10,311 bases of DNA, from contig CBDBIJ010000039.1 of the NCBI GenBank assembly GCA_965205655.1, forward strand, positions 1 through 10,311, read 5' to 3'. This DNA comes from Candidatus Latescibacterota bacterium (GTDB taxonomy: Bacteria > Latescibacterota > UBA2968 > UBA8231). The notes under the pieces were generated by a model. The model was not told the DNA's origin. It did not search any database and saw nothing but the letters and a program-made list of their open reading frames with translations. Below are positions 1 through 6,630 of this stretch, in pieces; positions within the stretch are counted from its first letter, which is position 1, and every line of letters starts with the position of its first letter. The translations under genes and the position numbers were made by a program.

Positions 1-165
1 ATCTCCTTCCTGATCGATGTCATCGAACGGATCAACGACCTGAGGGGTCAGCTGGCGTTTTGTTGTGTGTCGCCCACGATCGCGAAAACATTCCAGATCA
101 TGGGGTTGCTGCAGACGGCCTCGATCTACGACACCGAGCCGGACGCCCTGGAGGCTATGGACTAG
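1..165 (+). CDS. STAS-domain protein / anti-sigma factor antagonist (RsbV/SpoIIAA-like), C-terminal part, 5'-truncated by the window edge
   Basis: Hand translation of frame +1 from base 1 gives ISFLIDVIERINDLRGQLAFCCVSPTIAKTFQIMGLLQTASIYDTEPDALEAMD*, with stop TAG at 163-165. This fits the STAS C-terminal pattern (helix, G-x-L-x-h strand, P-x-h-x-x-x-F-x-I-x-G-L, I-Y-x-T-x-x-x-A-L). It is absent from the ORF track because the start lies outside the window. Confidence 0.8.
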   Translation: MSFLIDVIERINDLRGQLAFCCVSPTIAKTFQIMGLLQTASIYDTEPDALEAMD

Positions 166-167
166 TA
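160..167. repeat. IS481 target-site duplication GACTAGTA, left copy (contains the STAS gene stop codon)
   Basis: Identical 8-mer at 160-167 and 2714-2721, each immediately outside an inverted repeat. Confidence 0.9.
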
Positions 168-242
168 TGTCCAGTTTCGGAATGGTGTTGACACTTCAGT
201 CTCCCTGTTTGAGGATGCCGTCAGTGGCTCCCCAGAAGAATG

Positions 243-583
243 TCAGATGGTATCCGGCCTCGTGTTCGGTACCCCCTGATGCGGCCGTTCGTCGTTATAG
301 AAAGCCAGGTACCGTTTCAGACATCTGTCGAGCTGCGGACGAGCAGTGAAGTATCTCCTGCGAAAGGCCACACGCCAGTGCTCGTGAAGGATCGTGCCCT
401 GCAGGCGTTCGACGAAGCCGTTGGTCCATGCGTGACGGGGTTTCGTACGTGTGTGACGGATACCCAGGCTCTGACAGGCTTCATCGAACTCTCCTTTGAA
501 CTCGCTTCCCCGGCCGGTCAGGACTCGCCGAAGCGACCATCCAGTGGCTTCGTAGAGCGGCAGGGGGATCTCCACCAGGAAAC
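243..583 (-). pseudogene. IS481-family transposase, C-terminal fragment (integrase core)
   Basis: Reads RFLVEIPLPLYEATGWSLRRVLTGRGSEFKGEFDEACQSLGIRHTRTKPRHAWTNGFVERLQGTILHEHW...YLAFYNDERPHQG. Joins in frame with the upstream fragment once IS256 and one TSD copy are removed. The usual LTD(N/R)GxEF motif reads LTGRGSEF. A probable further +1 frameshift lies in the run at 272-276, so the original 3' end probably extended to about 195-225. Confidence 0.88.
576..583. repeat. IS256 target-site duplication CAGGAAAC (second copy at 1960-1967)
   Basis: Identical 8-mers abut both inverted repeats; 8-9 bp TSDs are typical of the IS256 family. Confidence 0.9.
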
Positions 584-1959
584 GAGCTTGGGTCAAATGG
601 TGTGTAAACGACTCAGGCGGCGATCTTCTTCCTTTGCGCGATGGGTGATCCGTTTTCGTAGCACTCCCCGGCGTAGACGTCAGCCATGAGATGCGGTGCA
701 TTGAGTCGCCGGAATCGTTTCTCGGCCACCATCAGTACCCGCCAAATGAGGGCGGTGGCATTGGCCACCTTCCTGTATCGTTTGGCCGCATTGGTTCGCA
801 ACCGTACCGAAGCGAAGGGACTTTCGACGACGTTGGTGGTGCGCAGGTGTTGCCAGTGGGCCTCGGGAAAGTCGTAGAATGTCACCATACGGTCCCAATC
901 GCGCTCGAGGATATCGACGGCGTCTGGACACTCGCGGCGAAACCGTTTGGCGAATTGATCGCGACGTTTCGTCGCTTCCTGACGGGTCGGCGCGTACGGG
1001 ATCTGTGTCAGCAGGTGCCGCCCTTCGACCTGCACGCGTTTTGGCAGCTTATCCAGCACGTTCAGGATGCGGTGATTCCAGCATCGCTGTTCAGCCGTCT
1101 CCGGCCAGACCTCTGCCAGGGCCGCCCAGATACCCAGGTGCCCATCCGCCACCAACAACTTCGCCACGCTCAGTCCGCGGTCACGCAGATCGCGCAGTAC
1201 GCCCGCCCACGACTCTGTCGATTCGCGATAGCCCGGGACAATCGTCAGGACTTCTTTGCGCCCATCGCTCATCGCGCCGATGACCACCAGGAGAGCGGCT
1301 TTTTGCTTCTCAAGACCGGCTTTGACGTAGATCCCGTCCGCCCAGGCGTAGACGAGCTCGCGGTCATCCAGTCGTCGGCTGCGCCAGGCGTTGTATTCGA
1401 CGATCCACTTCTCACGCAAACGAGCGATCGAGGACGCCGACAAAGGCGCTCCCTTGCCCAGCAGGCCGCGCAGCGCCAGCTCGAAGTCGCCCTGAGACAA
1501 ACCGTGCAGGTAAAGCTCTGGCAGCAGCTGACCTGTTTCTTGGGTGCGCCGGGCGAACAGCGGCAGTACCGCACTCTCAAATCGCTCTTCCAGACCCCGC
1601 ACCCGAGGGCGTTTCACCTCGATCGTGCCCGAGGTCAAGGACAGTCGCCGCCGCTTCCCGTACCCATTGCGGTAGCCGCCGGCTGCGTCCAACGGTGCCT
1701 GTCGCTCGTACCGTGACCGTCCCAGCGCATGGGTGACTTCTTCATCCAGAACCGACTGCATCAGCGACTGAATCTGCGAGCGTGTCCACTCTTCCAGCGT
1801 TTCGAACGTGGGCATGGACATTTCCGTCGTGCTCGGCTTAGGTTGTGCCATGGCGATTCTCCTCTTCCTGCCGGGATAGCCCCGGCGTTTGTGATGGCTA
1901 ATTACAAAGGAAGGGTAGGATCGCCGTCTGTCTATTTCCACACCTCCTGATTATAGCTC
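584..1959 (-). mobile_element. IS256-family insertion sequence, 1376 bp, apparently intact
   Basis: Imperfect terminal inverted repeats GAGCTTGGGTCAAATGGTGTGTAAA (584-608) and, as reverse complement of 1935-1959, GAGCTATAATCAGGAGGTGTGGAAA. 8-bp TSD CAGGAAAC at 576-583 and 1960-1967. Contains a single Mutator-type transposase ORF. Confidence 0.93.
613..1851 (-). CDS. IS256-family (Mutator-type DDE) transposase, 412 aa
   Basis: Motifs YRNGY, PRVR, LYLHGLSQGD, WADGIY (D), VADGHLG (D), QRCWNH (CxxH) and LRTTNVVESPF (E). Start placed at ATG 1851 rather than 1941 because GAGGAG lies just upstream of it. Confidence 0.95.
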   Translation of the reverse strand: MAQPKPSTTEMSMPTFETLEEWTRSQIQSLMQSVLDEEVTHALGRSRYERQAPLDAAGGYRNGYGKRRRLSLTSGTIEVKRPRVRGLEERFESAVLPLFARRTQETGQLLPELYLHGLSQGDFELALRGLLGKGAPLSASSIARLREKWIVEYNAWRSRRLDDRELVYAWADGIYVKAGLEKQKAALLVVIGAMSDGRKEVLTIVPGYRESTESWAGVLRDLRDRGLSVAKLLVADGHLGIWAALAEVWPETAEQRCWNHRILNVLDKLPKRVQVEGRHLLTQIPYAPTRQEATKRRDQFAKRFRRECPDAVDILERDWDRMVTFYDFPEAHWQHLRTTNVVESPFASVRLRTNAAKRYRKVANATALIWRVLMVAEKRFRRLNAPHLMADVYAGECYENGSPIAQRKKIAA

Positions 1960-2590
1960 CAGGAAACGGACGGCGTGCTCAGCGGTGTTGGCCGGAATGA
2001 TGCGTGCAGCCGCGTACGAGCAGGCCGCATCGCAGGTCGTGATCTGCCAAACCTTCCCCACTCCTTTGAGTCGGCCCGATGTAGAAGGTGTCCAGACAGA
2101 CGAGCTCACCCGGCTTGTTGGCTTCCACATGCCGCCTCTGGCGACGGGCGCGCTGCAGTTCCCGTCGCGTGCGCTCCGTGAGCAGACCTGCTCGCTGGGC
2201 ACTGTGTCGTTCCAGGACGACGAGTCGCTGCTGCCGAGTTCCCAGATCCATGCGTCGCAGCGCTCGATAGATCGTGCTGGGCGACAAGGATCGGTGCTGT
2301 CGAGCCAGCTGCAGCGAATAGAAGCGGGGTCCGCAGGTGGGATGAGACAGTGCCATCGCCAGAATCGCCTGCTCGTCCTGGACCGACAGGCTGTGGGGAC
2401 GTCCTCTGCGCGTCGTCCGACGTCGAGGGTGAAGCCCATCCCGACCGTAGCGCTCATATCGATTTTTCCAGCGGTAGAACAGGGAGCGGGAAATCCCCAG
2501 CTCCCGGCAGGCTGCCGAGACATTACCGAGCTCTCCAGCTCGCTGTAGCGCCAGGAAACGTGTCGCATGTACTTTGTCCTCGAGGGTCAT
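1960..2590 (-). pseudogene. IS481-family transposase, N-terminal fragment (HTH plus first catalytic Asp), frameshifted and interrupted
   Basis: ATG at 2590 with GGAAGG upstream. Reads MTLEDKVHATRFLALQRAGELGNVSAACRELGISRSLFYRWKNRY (IS481-type HTH) through KPGELVCLDTFYIG. One extra base in the run at 2075-2077 shifts the continuation (RLKGVGKVWQITTCDAACSYAAARIIPANTAEHAVRFL) into another frame, which ends at the IS256 TSD. Confidence 0.88.
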
Positions 2591-2662
2591 CGGGACACCT
2601 TCCCTGAGAGATGTTGTTTGGCGATAACTCTCCCAGAAAGGTACCCCTGGTGGCCTTCACTT

Positions 2663-2693
2663 GTTATACCACCCCAAACTCCAAAACTGTCAA
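2663..2693 (-). promoter_or_regulatory. Putative sigma70-type promoter for the IS481 transposase
   Basis: On the - strand: TTGACA (2693-2688, within the inverted repeat), a 19-nt spacer, then TG-G-TATAAC (-10 at 2668-2663, extended -10 TGn). The spacer is longer than optimal. Confidence 0.5.
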
Positions 2694-2713
2694 CAGTATT
2701 ACGACATCGCTCA

Positions 2714-2721
2714 GACTAGTA
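2714..2721. repeat. IS481 target-site duplication GACTAGTA, right copy
   Basis: Identical to 160-167 and abuts the terminal ...GCTCA of the element. Confidence 0.9.
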
Positions 2722-2832
2722 GCTTAGACGAGCGGGTTTTCATCGACAGCGCCGGACTGGCAGCTCTGTTCGGCGTAGTCCTCCCGGATGAGGCGCTGTC
2801 AGGCTGGCAGTTCAGTCATAGATCGTATGTGG

Positions 2833-2865
2833 AAAGCCGACCCACACCTCCGGGTCGGCTTTTTT
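2833..2865 (+). terminator. Rho-independent terminator (possibly a conditional attenuator)
   Basis: Perfect 11-bp inverted repeat AAAGCCGACCC (2833-2843) / GGGTCGGCTTT (2852-2862) with an 8-nt loop and T6 at 2860-2865. Confidence 0.85.
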
Positions 2866-2931
2866 GGTGCCCTCCGGACAACTTCATTATCTTGAGCCGT
2901 CGATTTTTCTGAACATCTGCGGGGAGCGCCC

Positions 2932-5457
2932 ATGGCGGAACCATTTACCGCACTCGATCTAAGTGAGTGCTGGAATGCGGGGACCGACAACGTCGAAACG
3001 GACGATGGCTGGCTATGGCCGGCGCCGGATGGGGACCCCGGCCGAACCCAGCTGCATCAGCTGCCGGCCGGCGATCGACATTTTCGCGGCATCCCTTTCA
3101 AGCTGGCCCCCGCCGAGGCGACGTCGCGGTTCATAGTCGTTTCGAGGACGAAGGGCGGGCGCGTTTCCGACTCGGTGGCCGCGTCAGTGGGACAAAAATC
3201 GCGACGGCTGCTGTTCGCCCACGTCTGCGCTTCGACAGATGGGAATTCGGCAACCCTGGAGGGGATGGGCGAGCGGCTCGGGACCTATCGGATCAACTTC
3301 GACGACGGCTCCACGGTGGAACAGGGGTTGCGCCGCCGCTTCGAGATTCACGACATCTCCGTGCCCTGGGGACATCACCCGTTCCTGTGCCGCAACTGCC
3401 GCGTGTTCGAGTCGCGGCCACTCAACGATCCGGTTGGCCTCTGGGGTCGCGTTCAGACCGGTGTGTCTGCCGAGGGCGAGAGTGACCTGTTCGGCTGGTG
3501 GCTGTTCGATTGGGAGAATCCCCATCCGGACAAGATCATCGCCGAAATAGAGGTGGTTGCGGCCGACGCCACGCCGATCGCCATCGGGGCCATAACGCTG
3601 TGCCAGGAGCAAGGCGACCCTCTCCTCTGGCCGCCGCGGGAAACCATTGCCGTTCGACAGGACGGAGATGGAAAGTCGGCGCCTGAGGTAGCGATGGAAC
3701 GAGGCGTCGTCGTTCGCCAGGATCGACTCTTCGTGCCGGACGACGATTTTCTCACGACTGATATATCGGGCTGGGGTGTGGGCGGGCAAAAGGTGGTGGA
3801 GGGGGGCCATGTCGAGATTCACGGATCACCCGAGGGCAGACTGAAGATCAAACCGCCCGATTCCGGGGAGGCGGAATTCCGCTGGGGAGACGTGCTGGAG
3901 GCGGGCGAGGCGACGCGGGATGGCGTGCGCGTCGAGGTCGTTAGCCCAAAGGGAACGCAGTGGGTGCACGTGCGCGTGGAGGACGAGGGCACCGGCAAGC
4001 CGGTTGGCGCCAGAGTCCACTTCCGTTCGCAGCAGGGTGCCTATCTGGCGCCGCACGGCCACCAGGCCGAGGTCAACACCGCCTGGTTCGAGGACCTGGG
4101 GGGCGACTGCAAGGTTTGCGGCACCCCGTACGCCTATATCGACGGTACCTGCCAGATCGAGTTGCCGGTGGGCTCGGCCTACGTGGAGGTGGTTCGCGGC
4201 TTCGAGTACGTCCCGGTGCGTCAGAAGGTGGAGATCAAGCCGGGGCAGCGACATCTGACACTGTCGCTGAAGCGGGCTTTCGAAATGAAGGAGCGCGGCT
4301 TCTACTCTGGGGACACGCATGTCCACTTTCTGTCGGCCCAGTCCAGTCACCTGGAGGCCGCCGCCGAAGACCTGAACGTCGTCAACCTGCTCGCCAGCCA
4401 GTGGGGACGGTTGTTCACCAGCTGGGAGGAATTCACCGGCGGCCTGTCCCCAACATCGAGCGCCGACCACCTGATATGGGTAAGCCAGGAAAACCGCCAG
4501 CACGTCCTCGGACACATCAGCTTGCTGGGTCTGAAGGAAATGGTGGCGCCGATGTGCACGGGCGGCCCGGAGGAGGACTGGGTTGGCGGGGAAATCCAGA
4601 CGCTGATGGCCGACTGGGCCGAATCCTGCCGCAGCCAGGGCGGGCTCGTCATCATGCCGCACATGCCTGTTCCGGACTTCGAGAACGCGGCGAATATTGT
4701 CATGGGACATGCAGACGCGGCCGAGATGTGCTGGGTTTGGCTCGGCGAGCAGATCGGCCAGGGCGAACGCGGATACTACCGCTGGCTCAACGTTGGGCAG
4801 AAACTGCCGATCGTGGGAGGCACCGACAAAATGTCCAACGATCGCATTCTCGGCGGTTCGCGCACATACGCAAAGCTCGCCGATGACGAGGAGTTCACCT
4901 ACGAGAATTGGTGCCAGGCGGTGCGGTGCGGGACGACGTTTGCCAGCACCGGAGCGATGATCGACCTGCGAGTCGAAGGCGTTCAGATGGGGCAGGAGCT
5001 GCAGCTCCCGGGCAGCGGCGGCACCGTGGAAGTGGAGGCGACCGCCCAGAGCGTATGGCCGCTGACGGCCATCGAGCTGATCATCAACGGCGTTCCCGAC
5101 GTGCGGGAGGTCGTCGATGGTGATAACCGGCGGATCACGCTGCGGCACAAGCTCAAGACGGAGAAATCATGCTGGGTGGCGGCGCGATGCTGGGGACCGC
5201 ACCTGACCGACGCGGGGCCGGTGATGGCTCATTCTTCGCCGGTCTACATAGACGTGGGTGGACGCTGCGCCTTCGAGCCGACCGATGGCCAGTACCTGCT
5301 GACACACATGGAAGGCGGAATTGCGTGGGCGGAGCGCATCGGCGTGTTCAGGGATGAGCGCGTGCGGGATCGGCTGATTGCCCTGTTCCGGGAGGCGCAG
5401 GAGGATCTCAAGAGACGCGCCAGCGCCACGGATACGGTTTCTATGCTCTTGCGCTAG
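2932..5457 (+). CDS. CehA/McbA-like (PHP-fold) metallohydrolase, 841 aa, multidomain, substrate unknown
   Basis: GGGGAG RBS at 2921-2926. The C-terminal half has GDTHVH (4309-4326), SQENRQ..GHISLL, PHMP, YYRWLNVG..LPIVGGTD, G-T-T-F-A-S-T-G and terminal AHSSPVY, all typical of this family. These are preceded by a beta-sandwich-like segment (VRVEDEGTGKPVGARVHF...VVRGFEY) and an N-terminal module with GIPF and WENPHP. No signal peptide seen. Confidence 0.8.
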   Translation: MAEPFTALDLSECWNAGTDNVETDDGWLWPAPDGDPGRTQLHQLPAGDRHFRGIPFKLAPAEATSRFIVVSRTKGGRVSDSVAASVGQKSRRLLFAHVCASTDGNSATLEGMGERLGTYRINFDDGSTVEQGLRRRFEIHDISVPWGHHPFLCRNCRVFESRPLNDPVGLWGRVQTGVSAEGESDLFGWWLFDWENPHPDKIIAEIEVVAADATPIAIGAITLCQEQGDPLLWPPRETIAVRQDGDGKSAPEVAMERGVVVRQDRLFVPDDDFLTTDISGWGVGGQKVVEGGHVEIHGSPEGRLKIKPPDSGEAEFRWGDVLEAGEATRDGVRVEVVSPKGTQWVHVRVEDEGTGKPVGARVHFRSQQGAYLAPHGHQAEVNTAWFEDLGGDCKVCGTPYAYIDGTCQIELPVGSAYVEVVRGFEYVPVRQKVEIKPGQRHLTLSLKRAFEMKERGFYSGDTHVHFLSAQSSHLEAAAEDLNVVNLLASQWGRLFTSWEEFTGGLSPTSSADHLIWVSQENRQHVLGHISLLGLKEMVAPMCTGGPEEDWVGGEIQTLMADWAESCRSQGGLVIMPHMPVPDFENAANIVMGHADAAEMCWVWLGEQIGQGERGYYRWLNVGQKLPIVGGTDKMSNDRILGGSRTYAKLADDEEFTYENWCQAVRCGTTFASTGAMIDLRVEGVQMGQELQLPGSGGTVEVEATAQSVWPLTAIELIINGVPDVREVVDGDNRRITLRHKLKTEKSCWVAARCWGPHLTDAGPVMAHSSPVYIDVGGRCAFEPTDGQYLLTHMEGGIAWAERIGVFRDERVRDRLIALFREAQEDLKRRASATDTVSMLLR

Positions 5458-5472
5458 GAACGGACAGATTCA

Positions 5473-6630
5473 ATGAGCGATGTGAGAATCGGGATGATCG
5501 GTATCGGGGGGATGGGACGGTCCCACCTTCGGTATCTCTCCGCAGGCGAGGTGCCGGGAGCGAAGCTGGCAGCGGTGAACGATGTAAGCCCGCAGCGGCT
5601 GGAGTGGGCCGAATCCGCCTATCCGGACCTGCGCCGGTTCGAGAGCGCGGAAAGCCTCATGGACTCAGGAGAGGTCGAAGCCGTCATCGTCGCCACGCCG
5701 CACTACTTCCACGCGCCGCTGGCCATTCAGGCGCTGGAGAGGGGGCTGCACGTGTTGATCGAGAAGCCCGCCGGCGTGTACACTCGCCAGGTGCAAGAGA
5801 TGAACGAGGCGGCGGCGCACAGCGACGGCGTCTTCGGCATCATGCTGAATCAGCGGGCGCGGCCCGTACACCAGAAGCTCAAGGAGCTGGTGGAGTCGGG
5901 GGAAGTTGGCGAGATCAAGCGGTCCGTCTATATCGTCACCCACTGGTTCCGAGCCCAGAGCTACTACGATTCGGGGGGATGGCGCGCCACCTGGGCCGGC
6001 GAGGGAGGTGGGGTGCTGGCGAACCAGTGTCCGCACAACCTCGATCTGTGGCAGTGGATCTGTGGCATGCCGAACAGGATGCGGGCGTTTTGCTCGTTCG
6101 GCAAGTATCACGACATCGAGGTCGATGACGACGTCACGGCTTACGCCGAGTACGACAGCGGCGCCACCGGTGTGTTTCTCACCTCCACAGGCGAGGCGCC
6201 GGGCTCGAACCGGCTGGAGATCTCCGCTGATCGCGGCAAGATTATCCTGGAGGACGACGAGATCACGTTCTGGCGCACCCGCGAATCCGTGAGCGAATTC
6301 CTCGAGGAATACCAGGGTGGCTTCGGAGCGCCTGAGACGTGGAAGTGCGAGATCCCCACCGGCACGACCGATACCGAGCACCGGGACATCACAGCGAACT
6401 GGATTCGAGCAATCGTGGATGGCGATCCCCTCATTGCGCCTGGTGTCGACGGCATCAACACCGTGGAGCTGTCGAACGCCATGCTGCTGTCCACCTGGAC
6501 CGACGACTGGGTCGATATTCCCGTCGACGGGGATCTCTACTACGACCAGCTTCAGGAGCGAATCGAATCGTCAACGGCGAGGGTGGATTGCGGCGAAAGC
6601 AAGACGCTGAACGTGTCGGGGACGTTCTAG
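5473..6630 (+). CDS. Gfo/Idh/MocA-family NAD(P)-dependent oxidoreductase, 385 aa
   Basis: N-terminal Rossmann motif IGMIGIGGMG, then VATPHYFH, HVLIEKP, and GGGVLANQCPHNLD (H-x-x-D catalytic region). Starts 15 nt after the previous stop. Confidence 0.93.
   Translation: MSDVRIGMIGIGGMGRSHLRYLSAGEVPGAKLAAVNDVSPQRLEWAESAYPDLRRFESAESLMDSGEVEAVIVATPHYFHAPLAIQALERGLHVLIEKPAGVYTRQVQEMNEAAAHSDGVFGIMLNQRARPVHQKLKELVESGEVGEIKRSVYIVTHWFRAQSYYDSGGWRATWAGEGGGVLANQCPHNLDLWQWICGMPNRMRAFCSFGKYHDIEVDDDVTAYAEYDSGATGVFLTSTGEAPGSNRLEISADRGKIILEDDEITFWRTRESVSEFLEEYQGGFGAPETWKCEIPTGTTDTEHRDITANWIRAIVDGDPLIAPGVDGINTVELSNAMLLSTWTDDWVDIPVDGDLYYDQLQERIESSTARVDCGESKTLNVSGTF

Larger units (their letters stand above)
168..2713 (-). 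mobile_element. IS481-family insertion sequence (degenerate, interrupted by IS256); about 1162 bp after removing the nested element and one TSD copy
   Basis: 26-bp imperfect terminal inverted repeats: 168-193 TGTCCAGTTTCGGAATGGTGTTGACA and 2688-2713 (reverse complement TGAGCGATGTCGTAATACTGTTGACA). Flanked by the direct repeat GACTAGTA at 160-167 and 2714-2721, whose CTAG core matches the known IS481 target preference. Encloses HTH plus rve/DDE transposase fragments. Confidence 0.9.

Noticed and set aside
188..216. Inward-facing TTGACA in the IS481 downstream inverted repeat as an antisense promoter
   Set aside because: No credible -10 at 16-18 nt (GAGGAT); the hexamer is explained by inverted-repeat symmetry.
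691..1716. 341-aa + strand ORF and other ORFs overlapping the IS256 transposase
   Set aside because: Antisense shadow of a well-supported gene; no recognisable motifs, and long shadow ORFs are expected at high GC.
1852..1941. 30-codon N-terminal extension of the IS256 transposase given in the ORF track
   Set aside because: It begins inside the terminal inverted repeat and runs through the structured leader; ATG 1851 has a strong SD and gives a typical length. An AGGAGG does lie just upstream of GTG 1941, so the longer start is not fully excluded.
2070..2082. Programmed ribosomal frameshift in the IS481 transposase
   Set aside because: No slippery heptamer such as A6G, IS481-family transposases are normally single ORFs, and other inactivating lesions are present.
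2864..2893. Promoter for the metallohydrolase between the terminator and the ATG (TATCTT at 2888-2893)
   Set aside because: Partial -10 match only and a poor -35; too weak to call, although it cannot be excluded.
2788..2895. 35-codon ORF (MRRCQAGSSVIDRMWKADPHLRVGFFGALRTTSLS) as an attenuator leader peptide; also ORF 2661-2912
   Set aside because: No SD, no run of regulatory codons, and it reads through the terminator. ORF 2661-2912 crosses the IS boundary.
2788..2934. Lysine-riboswitch-like words (GAGGCGC ... GGAGCGC)
   Set aside because: Internal conserved motifs and P1 pairing are missing, a terminator lies in the middle, and the 3' word is the RBS of the next gene.
3826..5148. 440-aa - strand ORF (also 3184-3822, 3960-4886, 5665-6381, 7631-8161, 8203-8898)
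   Set aside because: All lie opposite or out of frame within genes with clear family motifs and have no domain signatures of their own.
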